Shown: positions 35,116-45,560, counted from the stretch's first letter. The stretch is 64,000 nt of DNA from Peptococcaceae bacterium UBA6116 (GCA_002423425.1 DIWC01000063.1:45909-109908); one strand, 5' to 3'. Made by a program: numbers and translations. The notes: a model not told the origin generated them from the sequence alone.

Positions 35116-35880
35116 CTAGAGAATATTCTTCTTTTGGCGGCCAAGGTAACCCCTTAACCGCAGTATCGCTTGGGAATGAATCTGGGATATCCTTGATTCC
35201 GAAAGGTTCATAATAAATGCAATTTCTTTTAAGGTAAGTTCTTCTCTGTAATATAAAGCAACAACCATCTTTTCCTTCTCTGATAATTTATCAATGGCTT
35301 TCATAAGAATCTGTTTTTGTTCTTCTTTTTCAACCTGGTTAAATGATTCCTGTGATTTAGGATCGATAATAAAATCTAACGGAGAAGTATTGGAGTCCAT
35401 AGAATCAGATGTGTTTACATCCTCCAGTGAAACGAGGGTCATATATTGCGCTTGCAAGAGGATAGCATTCAACTCATCCAAAGGCAGTTCAAGATGTCGA
35501 GCAACTTCTTCGATTGAGGGATTACGCCCAAGAGTATTCTCCAATTGGCCAAAACCCTGATATACATGTTTTACTTTTTGGCGCGCCGAATGAGGGACCC
35601 AGTCCATGGCTCTTAAGCCATCAATCATTGCCCCACGAATCCTTAAAGTTGCATAGGTCTCAAATTTTACCCCTCTGGAAGGATCGAATTTCTGCAGAGC
35701 ATCAAGCAGGCCAAAAACGCCATAACCCAAGAGATCCTCATCATCAATATGGGCCGGAAGAGATATCGCCAGCCTGTTAGAAATACGTTTGACTAAAGGC
35801 AGGTACTTTTCAATATGTTCTTCTGTCCAGCCTATGTGTTTAGATGTATTATACTGTCCACTATACAAACAATCCAGCAC
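35116..35880 (-). CDS. fliA: Flagellar sigma factor FliA/SigD (sigma-28)
   Basis: 254 aa with region 2 (YLPLVKRISNRL, DLLGYGVFGLLDALQKFD) and region 4 HTH (LTLKEIAFIMNLSESRISQIHSQAILRLR). Confidence 0.93.
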   Translation of the reverse strand: MLDCLYSGQYNTSKHIGWTEEHIEKYLPLVKRISNRLAISLPAHIDDEDLLGYGVFGLLDALQKFDPSRGVKFETYATLRIRGAMIDGLRAMDWVPHSARQKVKHVYQGFGQLENTLGRNPSIEEVARHLELPLDELNAILLQAQYMTLVSLEDVNTSDSMDSNTSPLDFIIDPKSQESFNQVEKEEQKQILMKAIDKLSEKEKMVVALYYREELTLKEIAFIMNLSESRISQIHSQAILRLRGYLGRQKKNIL

Positions 35881-35893
35881 CTCCCTGACGGGT

Positions 35894-36280
35894 TCATTGG
35901 TCTACTTCCCAACCCATTTTTCTTACCATTTCAGCCTTAGTATCGGCATCAGGCAATCCATCTTTTATACAGCTATTAATCTGCCCGGGAACATGTTCCT
36001 CTTTTTGCCTGTCCTCTTGCTTTGATCCATAGGTATTTATCTCACCTGACACATAATCGATTTTAGTAGATTGATTCTTCTTACCATTAGGGCTAGATAG
36101 CTTTTCCCATATGTAAATAAAACTTTTTCCTAAAATGAATATTACCAAAAAAGCCAAGATAGGACGCAAAATGATCATAATAATATCATACTTATTAAAA
36201 ACGGAAAATAACAGAACAACTACCCCCGTAAGTACTGCGAGCTTAAAAAAAAATTCTTCAAATGTTTGTTTCCCCGACAT
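35894..36280 (-). CDS. Hypothetical two-TM membrane protein inside the fla/che operon
   Basis: 128 aa with two hydrophobic helices followed by a charged tail. The ATG overlaps the cheD stop by 1 nt, and fliA starts 13 nt downstream. Confidence 0.6.
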   Translation of the reverse strand: MSGKQTFEEFFFKLAVLTGVVVLLFSVFNKYDIIMIILRPILAFLVIFILGKSFIYIWEKLSSPNGKKNQSTKIDYVSGEINTYGSKQEDRQKEEHVPGQINSCIKDGLPDADTKAEMVRKMGWEVDQ

Positions 36281-36762
36281 CAGATCACCTTTTCGCCATG
36301 ATTTATTGTTCTAATATTCAAATCACCGGATTTTATGTCAAAGTGAATCGTTCTACCAAAGGTACCCCCTACATCAAAAGCAAGCATAGGAATTCCAGTC
36401 TTTTTAATTTCATCCCCGACTGCTTGAGCATTACGTTCGCCGATTTTTAAGAAGGGTGCTTTCCCTGCAAAAGAAAACATCTGAGCACCGCCTGCCATTT
36501 TTGCTTTAAGCCTTGCCTTCACAGCTCCAAGCTTATATAAATCTCCAAGCATCATTTCAATACAAGTATCTGCAAACTTAGCTGGATTTCCCTTGGTAAT
36601 CTCCTTGGAACTAGGAAGCATAATATGAGCCATCCCGGCAATTTGTAATTGAAGGTCATAGATACAGACCCCTATGCAAGAACCGAGTCCGACCGTCATT
36701 AATTTGTCAGGCATCTTACCAACCTTATAATCAGCCATTCCTACAATGATTATGTTACTCAT
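36280..36762 (-). CDS. cheD: Chemoreceptor glutamine deamidase CheD
   Basis: 160 aa with the active-site Cys region TVGLGSCIGVCIYD. Confidence 0.9.
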   Translation of the reverse strand: MSNIIIVGMADYKVGKMPDKLMTVGLGSCIGVCIYDLQLQIAGMAHIMLPSSKEITKGNPAKFADTCIEMMLGDLYKLGAVKARLKAKMAGGAQMFSFAGKAPFLKIGERNAQAVGDEIKKTGIPMLAFDVGGTFGRTIHFDIKSGDLNIRTINHGEKVI

Positions 36763-37355
36763 ATTCCAAAAACTCCTAATAATTTATCCAACGCCCCCCC
36801 ATCCGGAATAAAAAGAAACTTCCCTTCTAATTCTTCCGCAGCCGAAAGTTTTGTATCAATTATCAAAACATTATCGTCAATTTGTCCCCCTTCCAAAAGA
36901 ACGGCATCAAGCAATGCCCCAATCATATCGATCGCCAAAGCCGGGGTGGAGAGTTGAAGCGGAATCCCAGAAAAAGTTGATAGCGCAATCACAAAGGAAC
37001 TTACCATTATGTTACCAGCTTCCTTAAGAGCGGATTGGGCCATCTCATCATTAAAGATATCGGGTAATTCTGGTAGATAGAGAAGCTTTTTGGCAATAAG
37101 TTGGGCACTGTATTCCGACAGCACAAACATGGCTTTTCCTGACGCATCTCCCTCTACTTTTAAATATAAAGCAACTCTTGTTTGGTCAAGATCCCCCATC
37201 GCCAGATTTATTTTTTCTAAGGGTATGAGCCAAACTTGAGGTACCGACATATCTATCCTTGTTTGAAGCATACTTGACAAAGAGGTCGCGGCATTTCCTG
37301 AACCAATGTTACCAATCTCTTTAAGAGCTTCAAATCTCATAGCAGATACTTCCAT
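36759..37355 (-). CDS. cheC: CheY-P phosphatase CheC
   Basis: 198 aa with the duplicated CheC motif EALKEIGNIGSGNAATSLSSM / SALKEAGNIMVSSFVIALSTF. Confidence 0.88.
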   Translation of the reverse strand: MEVSAMRFEALKEIGNIGSGNAATSLSSMLQTRIDMSVPQVWLIPLEKINLAMGDLDQTRVALYLKVEGDASGKAMFVLSEYSAQLIAKKLLYLPELPDIFNDEMAQSALKEAGNIMVSSFVIALSTFSGIPLQLSTPALAIDMIGALLDAVLLEGGQIDDNVLIIDTKLSAAEELEGKFLFIPDGGALDKLLGVFGI

Positions 37356-37357
37356 TC

Positions 37358-38002
37358 TTAGATCAGACCTTTCCTTCGCCTTTGTCTTTGAATATCAAAA
37401 ACGTAACTTATTATTTTATCTCTGACTCTTTCAGATATTTCATTAAAGCATACTGATACATTATAAAAATCTTTGTCATCTTCTTTTACAGACCGGACAA
37501 TAACACCTGGGATCTCGATTTCGCTCTCTCCAATGGAAGTTTTTATAGTTATGATTGTATTGGGAGGCAAATTTTCAAAAGCTTTAAGCAAAAAACCTCC
37601 TCCGCTTAAATCAAGCATAAACCCATTTTTTTCTTCACTTATCCCTTTTTTATCTATAATACGATATACCAGGTGTTTGATAAGCGGTACTCTGACGTAC
37701 TGCCGTCTTTGAATCTTTCTAATCATCTTTGGGAACTCAATAATAAAAGTTGGAACGGTCTGTGCAACCCTTTTAATTATGGAGGAAAAAAAAGAATAGG
37801 CCGTAAACTCATCTGAAAAAAACAATTCTATGGCAGTCCCTTCTCTTAAGGGAATAAATTGGCCTTTATGCACCGGCACTCCGACCGAAAGAATCCTCGT
37901 TCCCACTTCCTCAATCCTCGTCCGGTATTTTCCTTTATACTCTCCTTCGGGAACCACAAGCTCAACAGAAATTCCCTCATAAATTTTATCTTGATAGAGC
38001 AT
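37358..38002 (-). CDS. PilZ-domain c-di-GMP receptor (YcgR/MotI-like flagellar brake)
   Basis: PilZ motifs RRQYVR (RxxxR) and DLSGGGF (DxSxxG), plus a YcgR-N-like N-terminal half. The ATG at 38002 follows GGAGGGG; the track start at 38032 is TTG. Confidence 0.85.
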   Translation of the reverse strand: MLYQDKIYEGISVELVVPEGEYKGKYRTRIEEVGTRILSVGVPVHKGQFIPLREGTAIELFFSDEFTAYSFFSSIIKRVAQTVPTFIIEFPKMIRKIQRRQYVRVPLIKHLVYRIIDKKGISEEKNGFMLDLSGGGFLLKAFENLPPNTIITIKTSIGESEIEIPGVIVRSVKEDDKDFYNVSVCFNEISERVRDKIISYVFDIQRQRRRKGLI

Positions 38003-38064
38003 CTTTACCCCTCCATCGGTAACATAATTCAACTTGTAAGTATTCTGGTTTTAAACAATCATAG

Positions 38065-38931
38065 TCAATTAATTTTTAACAGGGAAGATACAAAACCTTT
38101 GATCCCCCTGTTCATAGTTGGAGGCTGGAGATAATTTCCGACAACGGTGGCAGCAATCCATTGAATACATTTATAGGCATGGCTTTGAGGACTGGAAAGT
38201 CCAACAGGTTTCTGCTTCATGACCGAAAGCCCTACCGAAGGATCATCATAGACCCAGCCTAAAAGATTGATCGATACTCCCAAAAACCTTGTAACAGCTT
38301 GTTCCAGCCTTTCATAAGCTTGTCGGGCTTCAAGTTCATTTTTAACCATATTAACAACAATGTTGACATTGAATTTTTCTGATTGATTTTTGATGGATTT
38401 TAGTAAACCATAAGCATCGGTCATCGAAGGGGGTTCAGGCGTCATAACAACAATGACCTCATCGGAAGAACAAATAAAATTCAAAACAGTGTGCCCCAAT
38501 CCCGCCCCGGTGTCAATCAGCAGAATATCGGCCATTTTTTCCAACCGTCCCATATTTGCCAGCACATTTTTTAGTTGTCCCCTATCCAAATTGGCTAGTT
38601 CAATGACTCCTGATGCCCCTGGAAAAACCTTTATTCCTCTATCTACAGGGTAAAGAATATCCTCAATTCTTTTCTCACCGGTTATAAGGTGCCCAATATT
38701 ATATTTAGGCATAACGCCAAAAGCCACATCAACGTTAGCCAACCCTAAATCTCCATCAAGGATAATTACCCGGTAATTATATTCAGCCAAGGCCAGTGCT
38801 AAATTTACAACAAGACTGGTCTTACCTACACCGCCTTTCCCGCTGCTTACAGCAATTACTCTCATACTTCTTGGAGTTGGTTCATACTTTTCATTTGCTA
38901 AGGTACGGAGTTTAGTCACCTGGTCATACAT
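38065..38931 (-). CDS. flhG: Flagellar number/placement ATPase FlhG (YlxH, MinD family)
   Basis: 288 aa with the deviant Walker A SSGKGGVGKTS. Confidence 0.9.
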   Translation of the reverse strand: MYDQVTKLRTLANEKYEPTPRSMRVIAVSSGKGGVGKTSLVVNLALALAEYNYRVIILDGDLGLANVDVAFGVMPKYNIGHLITGEKRIEDILYPVDRGIKVFPGASGVIELANLDRGQLKNVLANMGRLEKMADILLIDTGAGLGHTVLNFICSSDEVIVVMTPEPPSMTDAYGLLKSIKNQSEKFNVNIVVNMVKNELEARQAYERLEQAVTRFLGVSINLLGWVYDDPSVGLSVMKQKPVGLSSPQSHAYKCIQWIAATVVGNYLQPPTMNRGIKGFVSSLLKIN

Positions 38932-40115
38932 TCGCTAACCTCCCCCAAGATGCACTTTGCCAGTTTTTCAGGAGTGGCCGCACCAATATCATCCGGAACG
39001 TTTTGACCGTCAGTTATATAAGCAATCGGCAGATTGGTTTTAACTAAAAGATCCAGGATGGAACCCAGACAATAACTCTCGTCTAGTTTAGTCAGAATAA
39101 GGTGGGTGGATAGTCTTTTAAATCGCTCATACACCATAATCTGATCGGAAAGATTTGTCGTTGCACTCATTACCAACATGGTGAGATCGGGTTGAGCTGT
39201 ATCGATAAAAGCTTCCAATTCAGACATATGCAGATCATGATGGGGACTGCGGCCGGCTGTATCGATAAAAACCAGTTCTTTATCACTATGTCTGTCAATA
39301 GCTTCCTTTAAACCTTCCGGTGTCATCACAACTTCAACCGGAACACCTATTATTTCGCCAAAAGTCTTTAATTGTTCTACCGCGGCAACCCTGTATGTGT
39401 CAGCCGTGACCAAAGCAACTTTCCTTCTTTCTATGATGCTGAACCCTGCTGCCAGTTTCCCAATGGTAGTGGTCTTTCCCACTCCTGTAGGACCTACTAA
39501 AGCCACGACAAGGGCTTTCGATCTTCTTGGTCTAATCGTATCCGTATAAGAACATAAATTTGCTATTTGAGTCCTCAATCTTTCAAATACGACAGCAGAA
39601 TTGTTCCACTGCTCTTCAGGTATCTCATTTTCCAAAAATACGGTCAGTTCTTTAGCCATATCAAAGCTTATCCCTCTTTCGGTGAGAAAACTAACCCACC
39701 TGTCAAACGGCTTAGGAGCATTCCCCTGCTGATCTTCCATTTTGGTGATTTGGCCCTTTATCTCTTTTAACATGCTGTGTATTTGTTTGATCTCAGACTC
39801 GGAGTCTTCTAATAGTCTGTCTTTTGTATCTTTCTCCCCGGCATATTCCTTTTCCTTTTCCCGGTAAGCTTCATACGCTTTTTTTATACGATCAGAGTTA
39901 ATAGGTTTACTAATTTTATCGCTGGAAATCGTAGTGTCTATAGCTTTTTCTTCGATTGCGGCTGTAATCTCAACTTTCGTCCGGGCAAAGAAACCTAAGA
40001 AACCGCCTTCTTTTATTTGTCGTGTCTGTAAGATTACAGCTTCCGAACCAAGATCCCGTTTTATTTTACTCATGGTATCGCCTACACTATCTCCCGTAAA
40101 ACGCTTAACCCTCAT
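38916..40115 (-). CDS. flhF: Flagellar SRP-type GTPase FlhF
   Basis: MRVKRFTGDSVGDTMSKIKRDLG is the typical N-terminus. G1 is GPTGVGKTTT and DTAGR is present. The ATG at 40115 overlaps the flhA stop by 11 nt. The track extension to 40184 is Trp/Cys-rich and implausible. Confidence 0.9.
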   Translation of the reverse strand: MRVKRFTGDSVGDTMSKIKRDLGSEAVILQTRQIKEGGFLGFFARTKVEITAAIEEKAIDTTISSDKISKPINSDRIKKAYEAYREKEKEYAGEKDTKDRLLEDSESEIKQIHSMLKEIKGQITKMEDQQGNAPKPFDRWVSFLTERGISFDMAKELTVFLENEIPEEQWNNSAVVFERLRTQIANLCSYTDTIRPRRSKALVVALVGPTGVGKTTTIGKLAAGFSIIERRKVALVTADTYRVAAVEQLKTFGEIIGVPVEVVMTPEGLKEAIDRHSDKELVFIDTAGRSPHHDLHMSELEAFIDTAQPDLTMLVMSATTNLSDQIMVYERFKRLSTHLILTKLDESYCLGSILDLLVKTNLPIAYITDGQNVPDDIGAATPEKLAKCILGEVSECMTR

Positions 40116-42180
40116 TATCCAACACCACCATTCCCAGGGCCTGCACTTCAATACCCTGTAATAATTCGTTATAAGAAAGAACAATTAATTGAGGAATCTG
40201 ACGTTCAGTCATCCTTTTTAAGTTAATCCGAACAACAGGAGCACATATAATTACAGGATTATAACCGTTTAGTACAGTTCTTTCCACCTGCTTAGCAATG
40301 TTTTTTAATAGCTTTTGCATAATTCCCGGTTCAATATTAATATAATTGCCATAATCGGAAGGACGAAGATTATCCAGAATCATTTGCTCTATTCGGGGTT
40401 CAAGAGTAAGTACGGGCAATTTCTTTTGGGGATCAAGCAAAGGCTGAATTATTTGGCGTGCTAAACCCTGGCGAACATGTTCGGTAAGCCTGTCTATGTC
40501 TTTTGTCAAGCCGGCATAATCTGCCAAGGTTTCCAAGATAGTGTTTATATTTTTGATGGAGACTCGCTCGTGCAATAAATTGCCCAACACCTTCTGCACT
40601 TGCCCCAAGTTTAGAAGATCGGGAATAAGCTCTTCCACTACGGCGGGAGCTTGATTTTTAGCATGATCAATCAGTTTTTTGACATCTTCACGGCTAAGAA
40701 TCTCGTAGGCATTAGCTTTAATGATCTCGGTTAGGTGAGTAGCTAAAACGGTAGGAGCGTCAACAACTGTATAGCCGGTAAGCTCCGCCTGCTCCCTGTT
40801 TGAAGCATTGATCCACTTGGCATCAAGGCCAAAAGCAGGTTCCTTTGTCGGAATTCCAGGAATCGCTTCATTATCAATACCTCCGCTAAACGCCAAGAAA
40901 TGATCGGCTAACAGTTCGCCGGAGGCAACCTCCGCTCCTTTTATTTTTATTATATATTGGTTGGGCTGAAGGTTCATATTATCTCTTACTCTGATGACCG
41001 GAACAATAAAACCAAGTTCTCCCGCTAGCTGTCTGCGAATAAGCACTATCCTGTCCAGCAGGTCTCCGCCCTGTCCAACATCCACCAAGGGAATAAGTGC
41101 ATAGCCAATTTCTATTTCCATATGATCTACGCTAAGCATATTCATAACATTTTCTGTTTTTCTAATCTCTTCTGATTCGTTTTGGCTGGTTGACGCCACT
41201 TCTTGTTCCACGGTACCTGATTTTTTTTGTAAGGTGTAACCTGTAAAAACAGCCAGAGCGGCGAAAATAAACAAAGGAGTTTTTGGTAAACCAAGAATAC
41301 CCAAAGCTACTAGAACTGCCGCCGTGATATAGAGGGCTTTGGGCATTTGAAAAAGTTGTCTGGCCAAATCCTGACCGAGATTGGAACCGGAAGCTGCCCT
41401 GGTGACAACCAAACCTGTGGCCGTGGAAATAAGCAGGGCCGGAATCTGAGTAACCAGCCCATCGCCGATAGTAAGCAGTGTATACGTATGCAAGGCGTCG
41501 GTCACTGCCATACCCTTAGTCACCATTCCAATGATAAAACCCCCGACAATATTAATTAGCAAAATAATAATGGAAGCTATCGCGTCGCCTTTAACAAATT
41601 TGCTTGCTCCATCCATGGCTCCATAGAAATCTGCTTCTTGTTGGATAGTTTTTCTTCTTAGCCTTGCTTCCTGATCATTGATGATCCCGGCATTAAGATC
41701 AGCATCAATGCTCATTTGTTTCCCCGGCATCGCATCTAAAGTGAAACGGGCCGCTACTTCAGAGACCCTTTCAGCGCCTTTGGTAATAACAATAAACTGA
41801 ACGATTATCAAAATACAGAAAACAATAAAACCAACGACCGCATTCCCCTGAATAATCAATTGTCCAAACTGCTGAATAACCTGTCCTGCGTTTGCTTGGA
41901 GTAAAATCAGCTTGGTTGTCGAAAGATTAAGGGATAAACGGAATAGAGTCATGGTTAAGAGCAGGGAAGGGAGAACAGAAAACTCCAAAGTATCTTTGGT
42001 AAAGACAGCTATCATCAAGATAAGTACTGAGCAGGTAATATTAAGCGTAATCAGAATGTCTAATAATCCTGCCGGTATACCGACAATCATCACGACAATA
42101 ACACCTACGATCCCCAAAGCCGCAATAACGTCTGTGTTTTTTTTGATTATGCCGGTGCGAGCCGTTGTGGCCATAACCAA
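40105..42180 (-). CDS. flhA: Flagellar type III export gate protein FlhA
   Basis: 691 aa with an N-terminal polytopic domain, the FHIPEP motif region (FVKGDAIASIIILLINIVGG) and a large cytoplasmic C-domain. Confidence 0.96.
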   Translation of the reverse strand: MVMATTARTGIIKKNTDVIAALGIVGVIVVMIVGIPAGLLDILITLNITCSVLILMIAVFTKDTLEFSVLPSLLLTMTLFRLSLNLSTTKLILLQANAGQVIQQFGQLIIQGNAVVGFIVFCILIIVQFIVITKGAERVSEVAARFTLDAMPGKQMSIDADLNAGIINDQEARLRRKTIQQEADFYGAMDGASKFVKGDAIASIIILLINIVGGFIIGMVTKGMAVTDALHTYTLLTIGDGLVTQIPALLISTATGLVVTRAASGSNLGQDLARQLFQMPKALYITAAVLVALGILGLPKTPLFIFAALAVFTGYTLQKKSGTVEQEVASTSQNESEEIRKTENVMNMLSVDHMEIEIGYALIPLVDVGQGGDLLDRIVLIRRQLAGELGFIVPVIRVRDNMNLQPNQYIIKIKGAEVASGELLADHFLAFSGGIDNEAIPGIPTKEPAFGLDAKWINASNREQAELTGYTVVDAPTVLATHLTEIIKANAYEILSREDVKKLIDHAKNQAPAVVEELIPDLLNLGQVQKVLGNLLHERVSIKNINTILETLADYAGLTKDIDRLTEHVRQGLARQIIQPLLDPQKKLPVLTLEPRIEQMILDNLRPSDYGNYINIEPGIMQKLLKNIAKQVERTVLNGYNPVIICAPVVRINLKRMTERQIPQLIVLSYNELLQGIEVQALGMVVLDNEG

Positions 42181-42267
42181 GTAGCCTCACTTTCATGGGG
42201 GCATTCCTCAGGCCTTAAAAAAATACTTCCTTCTGAGGTGTGTCCCCTTTCCCCTTACAAATATTTC

Positions 42268-43335
42268 CTACGCCGAATAATAGTGCTTACGTTTATTAAG
42301 CTTATAAACAAAGGCCAAAACTTCAGCTACCGCTTTATAAAGACCGGCCGGAACTGCCTGCCCCAATTCAACTTGGGAGTAGAGAGCCCGGGCCAATGCT
42401 TTATTTTCCATAATCACAATATTATTTTCTTGAGCTATTGCCCTGATTCTTAAAGCTATTTCATTCTGTCCCTTAGCCACAACATAAGGAGCCGGGCGTT
42501 TGGACAGATTATATTTTAAAGCCACCGCAAAATGAGTAGGATTGGTGATAACGACATCGGCTTGTTTGAGATCTTCCATCATCCTGCGCATAGCCATTGC
42601 TCTCTGACGTTTTTTGATTTGAGCCCTGATTTGAGGATCTCCCTCTGTTTGTTTATATTCTTCCTTAATCTCATCATGAGACATTCTGAGATTTTTTTCA
42701 TACTCCCACCATTGATAGAGAAAATCCGCCAGGGACAGCACGAGAAAAGCCAAGGCTATTTTCCAGGCCAATCCAAACAAAATGTTGCCTAGAATGACCA
42801 CCGATTGACCTACCGTAATCTCTTGCAAGGCAGGGAAAATATTCAAGTTGTCACGAATAATATTATAGAGGAAATAACCGATAATAAAAACCTTGATAAG
42901 AGATTTTGCCAGCTGAACTAAAGCCTTGGGCCCAAACATCCTTTTGATACCTTCCACTGGATTAATTCTCGAAGCCTTGGGCATGATAGACTCCACCGAG
43001 AACATAGATCCGACTTGCAAGAAATTAATGGCAATCGCTACGACAATAGCTGCAAGAAAAATCGGTCCCAGAATAAACAAGAATTGCCAGGAAACATCCA
43101 GCGCAACCTTCCAAACATAACTGATATTCCATTCCACGCGCATGGTAACAAGATAGCGAAAAAGTTCAGCAGTTTTAGTGAAAATCTGAGGCAGCCAGAA
43201 TTTGAGTACTCCGACAAGAGCTAAGAGTACTACCGCAGAGGTTAACTCCTGGCTTTTTAGCACTTGGCCTTTTTTGCGTGCCTCTTGTTTTCGTTTTGGG
43301 GTTGCTCGAAACCTTTTTTCAGCTATTGGCTCCAC
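42268..43335 (-). CDS. flhB: Flagellar export switch protein FlhB
   Basis: 355 aa with the autocleavage site NPTH (VVITNPTHFAVAL). Confidence 0.95.
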   Translation of the reverse strand: MEPIAEKRFRATPKRKQEARKKGQVLKSQELTSAVVLLALVGVLKFWLPQIFTKTAELFRYLVTMRVEWNISYVWKVALDVSWQFLFILGPIFLAAIVVAIAINFLQVGSMFSVESIMPKASRINPVEGIKRMFGPKALVQLAKSLIKVFIIGYFLYNIIRDNLNIFPALQEITVGQSVVILGNILFGLAWKIALAFLVLSLADFLYQWWEYEKNLRMSHDEIKEEYKQTEGDPQIRAQIKKRQRAMAMRRMMEDLKQADVVITNPTHFAVALKYNLSKRPAPYVVAKGQNEIALRIRAIAQENNIVIMENKALARALYSQVELGQAVPAGLYKAVAEVLAFVYKLNKRKHYYSA

Positions 43336-44102
43336 CCCCTTAAAAGTTCAAAAACCCATTGCATTGTTAGATTAAAAACCCGAGCTACAGATTCTCCAAG
43401 AAGCGGAATCATTAGAAAAATAAGGACCAGCCCAAAGAGTATTTTAACGGAAAAAATTACCGAGAACATGTTTAATTGAGGTACTATTTTGGCTAGAAGC
43501 CCTACTCCGACATCAGCCAGAAACATTGCTCCAAACACCGGCATTGCTATCTGCAGGGATAACTCGATAACTTTAGCGGTAATGTCGATAAAAAACGCAA
43601 TCCCATAATGTATTGCCGAGGGATCTATCGGCAAAAACTCATAACTTCTGACCAGGGCCGCAATTATATAGTAATGGGAATTGGTTGCCAGAAGCAGCAT
43701 TGTTGACAAAATTATTAAGAAACTACCGGTCATTGGGCTCTGCATACCGTTAATTGGATCAACGGTATTGCCCATGAGAAAACCTATCTGAAAATCTATC
43801 AGCTGGCCTGCTCCCTGCATAATAGCTGAGATCAGATTGATAATAAACCCCAGCGTAAGCCCTACCAATACTTCCTTAATAATAATCCCGATATATGGAA
43901 AAAACTCATGCGGTATATCAGGAGCATTTGCATTGACAAGCGGAAAGATAACAACAGCCATACTCACTGCCAACCCGAGTTTTACCAGTCCAGGGACTCC
44001 TCTGGCTCCAAAGACAGGAGCGAGCATTACCATCCCTGCCCACCGGGAAAAAATAAGTAAAAATAAGGAAAGGTTCCATTGTAAAACATCCGATAGGCTC
44101 AA
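43323..44102 (-). CDS. fliR: Flagellar export protein FliR
   Basis: 259 aa, polytopic, positioned between fliQ and flhB. Confidence 0.88.
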   Translation of the reverse strand: MSLSDVLQWNLSLFLLIFSRWAGMVMLAPVFGARGVPGLVKLGLAVSMAVVIFPLVNANAPDIPHEFFPYIGIIIKEVLVGLTLGFIINLISAIMQGAGQLIDFQIGFLMGNTVDPINGMQSPMTGSFLIILSTMLLLATNSHYYIIAALVRSYEFLPIDPSAIHYGIAFFIDITAKVIELSLQIAMPVFGAMFLADVGVGLLAKIVPQLNMFSVIFSVKILFGLVLIFLMIPLLGESVARVFNLTMQWVFELLRGWSQ

Positions 44103-44143
44103 GTTTCCTCCTCCATATTGGGGGCAGGTGTGTCCCCATTCCT

Positions 44144-44416
44144 CTAAAGCCGGGCATAACTCGTCAATTCGGCAAAGAGGTTAATGGTATAGGCAGTCAT
44201 AACATTTAACATCCAGGGACCAAGGATAATAAGAATAAGTGCTATGGCCAGCAACTTAGGTATAAATGACAAAGTCTGCTCTTGAATCTGAGTCATCGCC
44301 TGGAAGATACTAACAACCAGACCCACCAGCAGGCTGATGGCAAGTATGGGCCCTCCGACAATAATGGCTGTTTCAATTGCGTCTTTGGCTATAGAAAGGA
44401 TCTGGTTTTCTGTCAT
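44144..44416 (-). CDS. fliQ: Flagellar export protein FliQ
   Basis: 90 aa with two TM helices and a typical FliQ sequence (QEQTLSFIPKL). Confidence 0.9.
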   Translation of the reverse strand: MTENQILSIAKDAIETAIIVGGPILAISLLVGLVVSIFQAMTQIQEQTLSFIPKLLAIALILIILGPWMLNVMTAYTINLFAELTSYARL

Positions 44417-44445
44417 AAATACTCCCTTGGGATTGATTCCATGTT

Positions 44446-45096
44446 TTATTTGAAACTTGCAACTAAGGACTGAACAACCAAAGACCAGCCGTCAACCAGA
44501 ACAAAAAGCAGTATTTTAAAAGGCAAAGAGATCATCATCGGCGGCAGCATCATCATTCCCATAGACATCAGCGTACTGGAGACAATCATATCTATAATCA
44601 CAAACGGAATGAAGATGGCGAAACCCATTTGAAAAGCTGTTTTTAATTCACTGATCACGAAAGCAGGAATAAGAACGTAAGTTGGAATATCACTATAGGT
44701 TTTAGGTTTTACTATTTTAGACAAATTCACGAATAAGGCAAGATCTTTTTCTCTTGTTTGTTTAAACATAAATGTTCTTAATGGTTGCTCAGCCTTACCT
44801 AATGCTTGTTCTTTGGTGATCTCATTTTTCATATAAGGCTGAAGGGCATTGGCATTGACTTCCGAAAAAGTAGGCATCATCACGAAAAAAGTTAAGAATA
44901 ATGAGAGTCCAATGATCACTTGCGTAGGAGGCAGTTGCTGCGTACCCAAAGCATTACGAACAAATGAAAGCACTACGACAATGCGGGTAAAAGATGTCAT
45001 TAAAACCAAAATAGCCGGGGCTAAGGAAAGAACTGTTAAAAGCAATAATAGTTGAACGGCTGTACCGCCCTGTCCTAAGTCAAGAGAAATATTCAT
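44446..45096 (-). CDS. fliP: Flagellar export protein FliP
   Basis: Conserved [18 protein letters not shown] and FKTAFQMGF motifs. The ATG at 45096 follows GAGGAGG; the track start is at 45123. Confidence 0.93.
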   Translation of the reverse strand: MNISLDLGQGGTAVQLLLLLTVLSLAPAILVLMTSFTRIVVVLSFVRNALGTQQLPPTQVIIGLSLFLTFFVMMPTFSEVNANALQPYMKNEITKEQALGKAEQPLRTFMFKQTREKDLALFVNLSKIVKPKTYSDIPTYVLIPAFVISELKTAFQMGFAIFIPFVIIDMIVSSTLMSMGMMMLPPMMISLPFKILLFVLVDGWSLVVQSLVASFK

Positions 45097-45559
45097 TTTT
45101 TTCCTCCTCAAGCAACTGCTCAAGTTCGGCTGAAAATGTATCTTTTTTGTTCTTTTTCTTAACTTTTCTCCAGATTCCGGACATAAACTTATCCATTTTT
45201 TCCTGCGGATGCTGGGCTATTTCCTCTAAAATTTCCGCAGCTACCTCGGGATCGTTAATTTCCGCCACCTTCGTTATGTGATGATCTGTCCCACCCAGAA
45301 CTTGAATTTTCCCTGCTATCTCCACAAGGTATAAGTATTGCTGCCCTTGTAAAACCTGCCGGTCCAAGACTCTTACCCAAGGAGATTGAATATTGCGGAT
45401 AGAAAAACGGTTAATTCTTTTAATCATCCAAAGTACAACTAAAAGAATAATTAAAAAAACAATAATCATACCAATAAGCCCGGCCCAGGAAAATGGTTCG
45501 GCAGCAGCAGGAGTCGTAATATTTGGATTCCAAGGCTGACCCTCAATGCTGTTTGACAT
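45080..45559 (-). CDS. fliO: Flagellar biosynthesis protein FliO/FliZ
   Basis: 159 aa with a single TM helix ([19 protein letters not shown]), positioned between cheY and fliP. Confidence 0.75.
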   Translation of the reverse strand: MSNSIEGQPWNPNITTPAAAEPFSWAGLIGMIIVFLIILLVVLWMIKRINRFSIRNIQSPWVRVLDRQVLQGQQYLYLVEIAGKIQVLGGTDHHITKVAEINDPEVAAEILEEIAQHPQEKMDKFMSGIWRKVKKKNKKDTFSAELEQLLEEEKNEYFS

Positions 45560-45560
45560 C

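Noticed and set aside
40116-40184. N-terminal extensions offered by the ORF track for flhF (and likewise murD, mraY, murE, fliP, fliD, cheA, pilZ)
   Set aside because: Downstream ATGs have proper GGAGG-type RBS spacing and give canonical family N-termini. The extensions lack an RBS and overlap upstream genes extensively.
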